A DNA stretch of 24,621 nucleotides from a virus (Duplodnaviria > Caudoviricetes): IMG/VR virus record IMGVR_UViG_3300037484_000944, positions 1 to 24,621 of that record, one strand, 5' to 3'. Below the pieces are notes generated by a model. It did no database searches and had not been told where the DNA came from. It worked only from the letters and a program-made list of their open reading frames with translations. Both the position numbers and the translations under genes were made by a program. Position 1 is the first letter of the stretch. Every line of letters starts with the position of its first letter. Below, in pieces: positions 8,349 to 15,838 of this stretch.

Positions 8349-8614
8349 GTCGCCCTCCGCGGTTCCTTCTCGAGCTTCTCGAGCAGCTTGATTTGCTTCT
8401 TGAGGCTAGCGATCTTGCGAGATGCCATTGAAGCGGCCTCCTCGAATGCAGCCCCCTCGGTGAGAAAGCAGTCGTGTCCAAGGAGGCCGAAAAATCCGTG
8501 TATGCTATAAGGCTGCTCGATGACACGGTCTGAACTGTGGTCGTCGCCGACCTTGGCAAGGATCTTGTAGATCCCGCGAGTTAAAGCGTATTTTGTGACG
8601 TAGACAGTTTTCAC
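8342..8614 (-). CDS. Conserved-looking phage hypothetical protein
   Basis: GTG start; VYVTKYALTRGI...RKIASLKKQIKLLEKL. Confidence 0.75.
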   Translation of the reverse strand: MKTVYVTKYALTRGIYKILAKVGDDHSSDRVIEQPYSIHGFFGLLGHDCFLTEGAAFEEAASMASRKIASLKKQIKLLEKLEKEPRRATC

Positions 8615-8817
8615 AGCTGCCTCTCCCACGGCTGGCACCGCACCTGCTCGCACAGCACCTGGCACTCGCCAGACGGGTGGTAGACGACCAGAACGTCACG
8701 GACGAGCTCAGCTCGGCACTCGCGGATGTCGACGCCGGGCCACACGTCGGCGAGGTCACAGGCCTGGCGCGGGGATAGCAGCGTGCCGTCTGACGTTTCG
8801 CGGGTGCTGATGATCAT
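8611..8817 (-). CDS. Hypothetical protein
   Basis: Restarted at MIISTRE with GGAGG RBS and ATGA overlap. Confidence 0.65.
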   Translation of the reverse strand: MIISTRETSDGTLLSPRQACDLADVWPGVDIRECRAELVRDVLVVYHPSGECQVLCEQVRCQPWERQL

Positions 8818-9026
8818 CTTGGTCCCTCCAGCGATACTAGATATGCTGCGCGCATCATGATGTGTGGCTTCCACGACACGCCCGGAAGCCAAGCGGCGAG
8901 GAAGACGTCGAATCCGCGCCTGGCCAGCTGCTCAGAAGCGAACGCTTGATCCTCACAGTCAACGCCGAGCCCTCGAAGCTCGCGTGTACGTTGCCGGTGC
9001 CGTCGCTTTGCTCCGTGGGATCTCAT
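8814..9026 (-). CDS. Hypothetical protein
   Basis: 70 aa, ATGA overlaps. Confidence 0.65.
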   Translation of the reverse strand: MRSHGAKRRHRQRTRELRGLGVDCEDQAFASEQLARRGFDVFLAAWLPGVSWKPHIMMRAAYLVSLEGPR

Positions 9027-9250
9027 TTGTCCTCAGGTGGATCGCTTGGTCGAACGTCTCTCTCGCTCGACAGGATCGATTCGGCGTCAGCCTTCAGCCG
9101 CTCGAGCACCGGATTGTCCAGGTCGTAGCTCTGGTCGCCGATCGTCGTCCGGTGAGACTCCTGCGGCCACGACTCGACCGTCTCGAGCGGGAACCCGAAG
9201 CGCGCTGAAACAGTGAGCGCTTGCAGGCGGAGGGCTTGAGCGGCAGTCAC
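9023..9250 (-). CDS. Hypothetical protein
   Basis: Restarted at GTG (VTAAQALR), overlapping the upstream stop. Confidence 0.6.
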   Translation of the reverse strand: MTAAQALRLQALTVSARFGFPLETVESWPQESHRTTIGDQSYDLDNPVLERLKADAESILSSERDVRPSDPPEDK

Positions 9251-9525
9251 GGCACGCCCTCGAGCGCGTCGAGCAGCATGTGGGCCTCGACGGTCGGGAC
9301 GAGTCGGAGAACGCGGATGGTCTTTCTGACCTTGTTCGCGAGCCGGTCGTCTCCGTCCTTCGGGTGAAGCTGACTGACGACCCGCGCTACCCTGGCCGCG
9401 GTCCCGGGGTAGTCCGAGCACCAGCGGCTCAGCTCGTCCCAGCCGTCCAGGGCTAGGCACAGAGCCACGATGGCCCGATGACCCTCGGAGCGGGGCGCGG
9501 GGAGCTGGACCGCATCGGGCATCAT
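9247..9525 (-). CDS. Hypothetical protein
   Basis: Restarted at MMPDAV with GGAGG RBS and ATGA overlap. Confidence 0.65.
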   Translation of the reverse strand: MMPDAVQLPAPRSEGHRAIVALCLALDGWDELSRWCSDYPGTAARVARVVSQLHPKDGDDRLANKVRKTIRVLRLVPTVEAHMLLDALEGVP

Positions 9526-9833
9526 GCTGCCCTCCGGAGCTCGAGCACGCGGCAGGGCTCGTGGACGTCCTCGCCCGTCGTGTCGAGGAAGGGGCGGGGT
9601 GGCGGCGAACTGACGCGGGTGATGGTGACGGTGGTGATCTCGACGCCTCCGGGGATTCTGCGGGCGATCGTCGTCGTCGTGATGGACACGGTTGGGTCCT
9701 CCTGTCGGTGGTACGTGGTGGGCCCCTCGACCGCTCGAGCCGCCGCGTCCTGGCGCTGGTGCCAGCCAGCCGGTATCGGCGAGTCCCCAGGCATGGCGGT
9801 GGCGCTGGGTGAGCTCGGTGTGTTTTGGGCCAT
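9522..9833 (-). CDS. Hypothetical protein, first gene of the left operon
   Basis: 103 aa; ATG lies 6 nt after the -10 box. Confidence 0.55.
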   Translation of the reverse strand: MAQNTPSSPSATAMPGDSPIPAGWHQRQDAAARAVEGPTTYHRQEDPTVSITTTTIARRIPGGVEITTVTITRVSSPPPRPFLDTTGEDVHEPCRVLELRRAA

Positions 9834-9839
9834 ACACGG

Positions 9840-9868
9840 ACGTTAGCGCTGCTCACGGGCATACGCAA
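9840..9868 (-). promoter_or_regulatory. Leftward early promoter (PL-like)
   Basis: TTGCGT-17 nt-TAACGT; overlaps the AACGTCCGTGT motif. Confidence 0.55.
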
Positions 9869-10016
9869 TACAAAAACGACAGGGCCACCCCAAAGGGTGA
9901 TGCGCAACGCCTCACCAGGGCGCTATCCTCCCCGGATGCTGGCGCTGATGTCGCGGGGGGAGCTCAAGATCTATGGTCGCAGAGCAGGAGCGGAGCGTGC
10001 GTGCAGCACGTACACG

Positions 10017-10484
10017 TCACCGTGGCCGTTGGCCGCGACGGAGCGGGCCGCCGCGCTTGCCGCTGGCTGGCTGGACGGGCAGCACATCAGCGGATGCCGC
10101 CGCATCTATCAATCGGAACCAGTAGCGGGCCCCGGGGTCTACAGCCGGGTGCTGGGCAGAGACAGAAACCACGGCTGATTCCGGATAGCGCAGCAAACGA
10201 GCTGCCGCGACGGCCTGTGCCCGGGATGGGTACTCATCATCTGGCAGGTGCAGGGGGTCTGCGCCTATCAGATCTTCGATGCTCAGCCCTAATTCCCTAG
10301 CCATCCGGTGCGCTGACTCGACATTGAGACCAGCCTGGTCGCCAATCGCTCGGCACCGAGAACGGAACTGCGACAGGTACGCCTCGGAAATCCCGCACGT
10401 GCGCAGAAACTGCCGCTCGCTCTGGTAGCGCCCGGTCGCGCGCCAGAGGCGATCGATTCTGTCAGGGAGGGATTCGACGGCCAT
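10017..10484 (-). CDS. Repressor-like HTH protein (no S24 peptidase domain evident)
   Basis: SERQFLRTCGISEAYLSQF...RMARELGLSIEDLIG; divergent from the Cro-like gene. Confidence 0.75.
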   Translation of the reverse strand: MAVESLPDRIDRLWRATGRYQSERQFLRTCGISEAYLSQFRSRCRAIGDQAGLNVESAHRMARELGLSIEDLIGADPLHLPDDEYPSRAQAVAAARLLRYPESAVVSVSAQHPAVDPGARYWFRLIDAAASADVLPVQPASGKRGGPLRRGQRPR

Positions 10485-10538
10485 ACAGCATGACTACCGC
10501 GTCCAAGACACTTGGTGCAGATGGACGTGCGTGCAGGC

Positions 10539-10567
10539 TTGCAAACGTCCGTGTCGGCGCGTATGGT
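10539..10567 (+). promoter_or_regulatory. Rightward early promoter (PR-like)
   Basis: TTGCAA-17 nt-TATGGT, 8 nt before the Cro-like ATG. Confidence 0.65.
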
Positions 10568-10575
10568 TGTGTGCG

Positions 10576-10818
10576 ATGACTGAGCAGCGCAGTTGGGACG
10601 CCGTTGGCGCCCGAATCCGTGATGAGAGACTGGTCCGAGGTTGGAGCCAACGCGAGATGGCCCGTATCGCTGGGGTCAGCGGGGTGTGGATCTCCAAGAT
10701 CGAAGCCGGACACGCGGCCAACCCCTGCGTCGAGCAGGTGGCTCTGTGCGCCAGGGCCCTCGGAGTCACCGAGCAGTGGCTCATGTTCGGCGTGAAGCCG
10801 AAGAGGGCCGCCGCGTGA
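10576..10818 (+). CDS. Cro-like XRE/HTH_3 regulator
   Basis: GARIRDERLVRGWSQREMARIAGVSGVWISKIEAG...ARALGVTEQWLMFG. Confidence 0.9.
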   Translation: MTEQRSWDAVGARIRDERLVRGWSQREMARIAGVSGVWISKIEAGHAANPCVEQVALCARALGVTEQWLMFGVKPKRAAA

Positions 10819-11003
10819 CGCACCAGGTCGTCCCCGCAGTCCTCGCCCTAACCTCGACGCACGACGCGCTCTTGACCGAGCTCGCCGAGGCCCGCGCGGC
10901 CCGGACCGGCGAGGATGTCGAGCGTGCACGCCGGGCCGTTGAGATCGACGCACTACGGGCTGGAATCGAGGAGTTGCAGGAGTTGGAAAGGCGAGAGTCA
11001 TGA
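10815..11003 (+). CDS. Hypothetical protein
   Basis: GTGA overlap start, 62 aa. Confidence 0.65.
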   Translation: MTHQVVPAVLALTSTHDALLTELAEARAARTGEDVERARRAVEIDALRAGIEELQELERRES

Positions 11004-11236
11004 TTGGCAAGCTGCGTCTCCTGCCGCCCCCGTCCACCGTCGATCGTCGGAGTCTCGAGGCTCAGGCCCGGGTGGCGTTCCGCCGGTGGCGCTGCACGGC
11101 CGAGCTCTCACAGGAGCAGGCCGCGGCGTGGCTCGGTGTGTCGTCTGACTCCGTCTCGGCCTGGGAACGTGGCGTCAAGCGGCTGCCAGCGTGGGTGCTG
11201 GTGGCGACGAGTGTCGAGAGGAGCGAGGCAGCGTGA
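11000..11236 (+). CDS. XRE-family HTH protein
   Basis: LSQEQAAAWLGVSSDSVSAWERG. Confidence 0.85.
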   Translation: MIGKLRLLPPPSTVDRRSLEAQARVAFRRWRCTAELSQEQAAAWLGVSSDSVSAWERGVKRLPAWVLVATSVERSEAA

Positions 11237-11565
11237 TGGAGGCCGTGCTTCCAGACGGAATGGACCCCGGCATCGCGCCATTCGTGCGTGCTCTCGCTAG
11301 CCGAGGGATCGAAACGTTCGAGTCATGCCAGGGAGGTGACGGGCACACTTTCCACAGTCCCACGATCCGATTCCACGGATCCGAAGGCGCCGGGCACATC
11401 GCGGTCGGCATCGCCATCGAGTTGGGAATGCCGGTGCGGTCGCTCCGCAGGACATGGGACGTGATAGACGATGTCGTCACTGGTCCGCACTGGGAGCTTG
11501 TGTTCTGTCGCGCGGCCGACGAGGGTCTGACGGTTGAAGCGTGGACAAGCGGGAGGGCTGCGTGA
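11236..11565 (+). CDS. Conserved-looking phage hypothetical protein
   Basis: DPGIAPFVRALASRGIETFESCQG motif. Confidence 0.75.
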   Translation: MEAVLPDGMDPGIAPFVRALASRGIETFESCQGGDGHTFHSPTIRFHGSEGAGHIAVGIAIELGMPVRSLRRTWDVIDDVVTGPHWELVFCRAADEGLTVEAWTSGRAA

Positions 11566-11732
11566 TGACCCGCGCCTACCACTGGCTCGCCCTCAGGCTT
11601 TGGTGCGTCGCTGCGGACTGCGTGCCGTACAGGCTCTGGCGTCTGAAGTGGCAGTTCATCCTCCGAGCCAACGAGCATGTCGACTACGCCGCGAGCCATG
11701 GAGCAACCGGCAATGGGGAGTCACCATGGTGA
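11565..11732 (+). CDS. Hypothetical protein
   Basis: 55 aa, TGATG coupling. Confidence 0.55.
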   Translation: MTRAYHWLALRLWCVAADCVPYRLWRLKWQFILRANEHVDYAASHGATGNGESPW

Positions 11733-11941
11733 CCTTCCGCCGCCGCCCCGAGGCCGAGCAGGCCTGCTCCCACGAGCACTACCGCATCGTGGCTGTGCAC
11801 ACAGGCCAGGTCCCGATCGAGGTCCACCGGTGCACCCAGCGCCCCGGCTGCCGGCACACCTGGCTGGTCGTTGGTGAGCAGCCACCCGGATACGAGATCG
11901 CGATGATGGTCAGGCACGTGCTCCGAGCGAGGTGTGCGTGA
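11726..11941 (+). CDS. Cys/His-rich hypothetical protein
   Basis: GGGGAG RBS; CSHEH...C...C motif. Confidence 0.6.
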   Translation: MVTFRRRPEAEQACSHEHYRIVAVHTGQVPIEVHRCTQRPGCRHTWLVVGEQPPGYEIAMMVRHVLRARCA

Positions 11942-12042
11942 CGTTTCTCGAGTTCCTCGATAAGCACTTCACCGGTTGCGCCATCGTGCTGCTGATCGTG
12001 GTGTGGTGGTGCACCGAGACTCTGGCGAAGAGGCGCTCATGA
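11938..12042 (+). CDS. Small hydrophobic peptide (34 aa)
   Basis: GTGA/ATGA overlaps; CAIVLLIVVWWC. Confidence 0.5.
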   Translation: MTFLEFLDKHFTGCAIVLLIVVWWCTETLAKRRS

Positions 12043-12386
12043 CGGACCCCGAGGTCTACGACGTCGGCGACGTGGCCCGCATCCTGAAGTGCACCCGCAG
12101 GATGGCGGCGACCCTGATGCGCGAAGCGGGGGCGTTCGAACTTGGCGAGAGCAACTGGCGGATTCCTAGAGCGAGGTTGGAGCGATGGCTGAGCGCGACG
12201 GGTTCTACAGGCGCGGGCGGTTCTGGTGGGTTCGGACGGATCCGGTCACGAGGAAAGCGCGGACGACCCACTGCACGAGCCTTGCAGCGGCTCGGGCCTG
12301 GCGAGGACGCCGAGAGCTCGAGGCCGTTGATCCGAGCCACGCAGCCGCGGAAGCGGCGACCCTCGGTGAATGGATCGGAAGACTGA
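12039..12386 (+). CDS. xis: Excisionase-like winged HTH protein
   Basis: VYDVGDVARILKC...WRIPRARLERWL, directly upstream of the integrase. Confidence 0.75.
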   Translation: MTDPEVYDVGDVARILKCTRRMAATLMREAGAFELGESNWRIPRARLERWLSATGSTGAGGSGGFGRIRSRGKRGRPTARALQRLGPGEDAESSRPLIRATQPRKRRPSVNGSED

Positions 12387-13444
12387 TCGAGGCCAAGACG
12401 CCGGTCCGCTCGGAAGCTACGATGCAGATCTACCGGCAGAAGCTCGGGCACTTCGTGCGCCTGTGGGGCAACGACTGTCGGCTCGCCGAGGTCGGCCCCG
12501 ACTTGGTCGACGCCTACGTTCGCCAGCGGCGCTCGGAGGACGTCACCGACCAGACCATCGGCAAGGAGCTCTCCCACCTGAAGGGTCTGCTCCGGCTCGC
12601 GAAGCGGTCGAAGGTTTGGGCTGGAGACCTCGAGACAATCCGCCCGGACCTGAATGCCACCTACGTGCCCCGCAAGCGGGCCCTGACGCGCGAGGATGTC
12701 ATCAGGCTCCTGGCGCAGCTTCCGCCGAACCGCGGCGCCCTGGTGGCCATCTGCGTGGCCCTGGGGGTCCGCCTGAGCGAGGCCTACCGGCTACTCCCGA
12801 CCGATGTCGACCTCGCTGCCGGACGCGTGTTCGTCGGTGGAACCAAGACGCAGGGCTCCCGCCGGTGGATTCCGATCCTCTCCGTCTACCGGCCGCTGCT
12901 CGAGGGGGCCGTCGAGTACCTTCCGCTCTGCCCGTGGAAGCACGTCCACGAGTCGCTGGACTCCGCGTGCCGGCGGGCAGGGATCGAACACTGCTCACCG
13001 AACGACCTCCGCCGGACCCATTCGACCCTGCTGGTCGAGTCCGGGGTCGACAGGGACGTGGTCCGCCGGCTCCTGGGCCACACAACCTCGGCGCTCGTGG
13101 ACAGGGTCTACGGACAGCCAACCCCCGAGGCCCTCGGGCTCCTGGCCGAGGCCAAACTGGCACGGGTCAGTCCGATACGCCAACGCTACAGTGTTGCCGA
13201 CACAGACCCACTTCCTGCCGCAACTACCGTCAACCAGATCGGCCAACATAGCCGTGGCGACCATCAGCAGATAGCCTGGAATACCCTCGATCGTCGGAGC
13301 AAATGCCAGTCGTGGCCCGGTGAGACCTGGGGCCCGGGAGGGAGACTCGGCGCAGGAACGCGACAGTCGACGGAGGGCGTTGGGCTGTCGCTCGAGCAGT
13401 GGTCCCTCGCCTATTCGGCCCACCGGTTGGCGGTGCTGGCGTGA
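12185..13444 (+). CDS. int: Tyrosine recombinase/integrase
   Basis: GVRLSEA (R), GTKT (K), NDLRRT, LGHT...Y catalytic motifs. Confidence 0.93.
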   Translation: MAERDGFYRRGRFWWVRTDPVTRKARTTHCTSLAAARAWRGRRELEAVDPSHAAAEAATLGEWIGRLIEAKTPVRSEATMQIYRQKLGHFVRLWGNDCRLAEVGPDLVDAYVRQRRSEDVTDQTIGKELSHLKGLLRLAKRSKVWAGDLETIRPDLNATYVPRKRALTREDVIRLLAQLPPNRGALVAICVALGVRLSEAYRLLPTDVDLAAGRVFVGGTKTQGSRRWIPILSVYRPLLEGAVEYLPLCPWKHVHESLDSACRRAGIEHCSPNDLRRTHSTLLVESGVDRDVVRRLLGHTTSALVDRVYGQPTPEALGLLAEAKLARVSPIRQRYSVADTDPLPAATTVNQIGQHSRGDHQQIAWNTLDRRSKCQSWPGETWGPGGRLGAGTRQSTEGVGLSLEQWSLAYSAHRLAVLA

Positions 13445-13689
13445 CCCCGATCTCCTACACCGAGCACACCAGGGCTGCCCCTGTCCCGTGTCCGGTCTGT
13501 CACCCAGACGGAGAGGGGCGAGACGAGTGCTCATGGGACGACGAGTACTGGTGCCCCGGGTGCCACCAGTGGGTGTGCTTCCACAGCGGAGGCGGCGACG
13601 AAGACGATCCAGGGTCGCTCCCGAACCTGTGTGACGACTGCTGGTTTGCTCTGCAGGAAGAGCGTTGGCCTGCCGAGGTGCTGGCATGA
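13441..13689 (+). CDS. Zn-finger-like hypothetical protein
   Basis: CPVC, CPGC and CDDC motifs; GTGA overlap. Confidence 0.65.
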   Translation: MTPISYTEHTRAAPVPCPVCHPDGEGRDECSWDDEYWCPGCHQWVCFHSGGGDEDDPGSLPNLCDDCWFALQEERWPAEVLA

Positions 13690-14180
13690 CCCGAGCCAGA
13701 GTCTACGTCGCCAGCAAGGCCGAGCACGGACCGCTCTGGCGCGAGCTGCGGGCAGCCGGGGAGCCCATCATCAGCACCTGGATCGACGAGTCCGGTCCGG
13801 GGCAGACCGCGGACTGGCCAGGGCTGTGGTGGAGGTGCATCCAAGAGGCGTCAACGGCCACCGCGCTGGTCTGCTACTGCCGCGAGGGTGAGCGACCACT
13901 GAAGGGAGCCCTAGTCGAGGTCGGGGCAGCTCTCGCTCACGGTGTGCCGGTGTACTGGGTAGGCCCGGAGCAATCGGTGACGAGGCATCCGCTCGTGACC
14001 GTGTGCCTGACCCTGCTCGATGCGCTCAACCAAGCAGCAGTCTACCAGTCTGACCCAGGGCAGGAGAGGCCTTTGGTCGACCTCGGTACTCGGGAGGTGG
14101 CTCGACGAGTCCAGTTCGTGGAAGCAACGGAGGAGCGCAGACGTCGCGAGAGAGGCCGCGCTCATGTTCGCGGAGGGTGA
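13686..14180 (+). CDS. Nucleoside 2-deoxyribosyltransferase-like protein
   Basis: VYVAS...STWID...GALVEVGAALAHGVPVYWVG. Confidence 0.7.
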   Translation: MTRARVYVASKAEHGPLWRELRAAGEPIISTWIDESGPGQTADWPGLWWRCIQEASTATALVCYCREGERPLKGALVEVGAALAHGVPVYWVGPEQSVTRHPLVTVCLTLLDALNQAAVYQSDPGQERPLVDLGTREVARRVQFVEATEERRRRERGRAHVRGG

Positions 14181-14183
14181 CCA

Positions 14184-14375
14184 ATGACCGACAGGCCGCT
14201 GATCTTATCCGACGAATCCGTGCGGGGAATCCTCGCGGGAACCAAGACGATGACCCAGCGGCTCATGGGTAAGAATCCGGTCAAGTGGGCTGTTGGGGAT
14301 CGCATCTGGGTCAAGGAGGCGTGGGCAATCTACGATCTCCTGCTGGCCATCACGTTCCGGAGGATCAATGCCTGA
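14184..14375 (+). CDS. Short ASCH-like phage protein, probably internally deleted
   Basis: RPLILSDESVRGILAGTKTMTQR...VGDRIWVKEAW...ITFRRI in only 63 aa. Confidence 0.6.
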   Translation: MTDRPLILSDESVRGILAGTKTMTQRLMGKNPVKWAVGDRIWVKEAWAIYDLLLAITFRRINA

Positions 14376-14586
14376 CCAGGCCATCACGCTGACCGACGGC
14401 ACGCGCACGGTGGAGTGTCGAGTCACGCACCGAAGCAGGCGGTTCATCGAAATCCAGTGGAACGGCCAGGGCGTGCGCTTCGTGCACCGACTCGCGCCGC
14501 ACCGTGGTCGGCTCAAGGACGCCGAGGTCAACAGCCCGTGGCACGTCACTGAGGGCGAGCTGCGGGGAGCGGAGGTCGACAGATGA
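14368..14586 (+). CDS. Hypothetical protein
   Basis: GGAGG RBS, start MPDQAITL. Confidence 0.65.
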   Translation: MPDQAITLTDGTRTVECRVTHRSRRFIEIQWNGQGVRFVHRLAPHRGRLKDAEVNSPWHVTEGELRGAEVDR

Positions 14587-14870
14587 GGCTTGTCGTTGCA
14601 TTCGTAGCCGCTATCAGCGCGGTGATACTCGCTATCGCGCTGTCGTCCGTCGCAGAAATGCTCGATTGGTGTGTGGTCGGCGCCGAATCAGGCCCCGGTC
14701 GTCGACCATGCCGTCTCGAGTGGATCGAGTCGATCGTCGAGCAGTGTCGTGGGGCTCACGTGCCAGTCCACGTGAAGCAGATCGATCTCAACGGCCGCGT
14801 ATCACACGACATGACGGAGTGGCCAGAATCACTGCGCATCCGCCAGTACCCGAAGGTCTTCAATGTCTGA
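14583..14870 (+). CDS. DUF5131 (Gp37/Gp68) C-terminal fragment with hydrophobic N-terminus
   Basis: LDWCVVGAESGPGRRP...W...VKQ...EWPESLRIRQYP. Confidence 0.7.
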   Translation: MRLVVAFVAAISAVILAIALSSVAEMLDWCVVGAESGPGRRPCRLEWIESIVEQCRGAHVPVHVKQIDLNGRVSHDMTEWPESLRIRQYPKVFNV

Positions 14871-15207
14871 TCATGCCAAGTGCTCGGTGTGCGGCAGCAA
14901 CTCGGAACTCCTCACTTGGCCCGGTAGATACGTGAGGGTAGCGTGCGCTACCAGCTTGTGTGTGACTGGGCCTCTGCGCACCAGTGTTGATGACGCATGG
15001 GACGCATGGGATACGCTACACGGGCCTCGTATCCCGGACGAGGTCAAGGAGATTGTCCTCTCTGCGTGGGCTCTCCTAGGAGAAGACGCTGACGAGGAAC
15101 GCTGGTGCCATGCGACACTCAAGGAAGCTGTCGAGGCTTGCCCGAGTGTGATTCTGATCGCCTGCGGATGCGTCGCGGGCGGCCCAACGGAGTACGAAGA
15201 GCGATGA
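14863..15207 (+). CDS. Zn-ribbon protein, Lar-like N-terminus
   Basis: CSVCG...VACATSLC...AWDAWD. Confidence 0.55.
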   Translation: MSDHAKCSVCGSNSELLTWPGRYVRVACATSLCVTGPLRTSVDDAWDAWDTLHGPRIPDEVKEIVLSAWALLGEDADEERWCHATLKEAVEACPSVILIACGCVAGGPTEYEER

Positions 15208-15506
15208 CCGACTACCTCGGCCACCCCACTGTCGCAGCAACCCGCCAGGCTCGGCAAGTCTGCAGAAACAGCATCCGCAAGGCGCAAGCGGACATCGCGA
15301 TCCTGGCTGTCGTCGTGCGCGAGCACCCGGGCCTCGCGCTGAAGGAACTCGCCCCACTGCTGCTCGGACGAACGTCGTGGACCAACCCGGTCGATACGAT
15401 CAAGCAGCAGATCGGAAGCGGATTGAACCGCCTCGGCAAGGCTGGTATTCGGGTCGAGCATGGCAGGGACGGAAATCCTACGCGGCTTTGGCCGGAGGAC
15501 GCATGA
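15204..15506 (+). CDS. Hypothetical protein, possible winged HTH
   Basis: ATGA overlap; VVREHPGLALKELAPLL. Confidence 0.65.
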   Translation: MTDYLGHPTVAATRQARQVCRNSIRKAQADIAILAVVVREHPGLALKELAPLLLGRTSWTNPVDTIKQQIGSGLNRLGKAGIRVEHGRDGNPTRLWPEDA

Positions 15507-15838
15507 CCGAATCCAAACCGTTCGCAGTCGGCGACATTGTGTGCGTGACCGGAGGGTGGACTCCGTCTGCCCCGCGCAATGTGATTAAGGTGATGAAGAA
15601 GTACGTGGTGCTCGACGACAAATCCAAGTGGACGCAGTGGGGGGCGCCCTACCCGCGTGCTCATTATGCGAGAGAGCGTCTCGTGCACGACACGCCAGAG
15701 CTGCGCGAACAATACAGACGCTACCTGTATCGATCGAAGCTGGATGCGGCCCTCAAGGATGCGAGGCTGGACGCGGCAACGCTAAACGCTGCGCTGCTCG
15801 TACTGCAGACGGCGCTGTCGGCAACGGAGGACGCATGA
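15503..15838 (+). CDS. Hypothetical protein
   Basis: GGAGG RBS; start MTESKPFAVGDIV. Confidence 0.75.
   Translation: MTESKPFAVGDIVCVTGGWTPSAPRNVIKVMKKYVVLDDKSKWTQWGAPYPRAHYARERLVHDTPELREQYRRYLYRSKLDAALKDARLDAATLNAALLVLQTALSATEDA

Noticed and set aside
10466-10485. tRNA/tmRNA-like GGATTCGAC motif
   Set aside because: No cloverleaf or acceptor stem; it lies within the repressor's 5' coding sequence
13601-13609. Self-target of spacer AAGACGATC (also CCGAAGCGC near 9195)
   Set aside because: Single 9-mer matches are expected by chance, and the flanks do not match the partner spacers. This was only a spot check, not an exhaustive search
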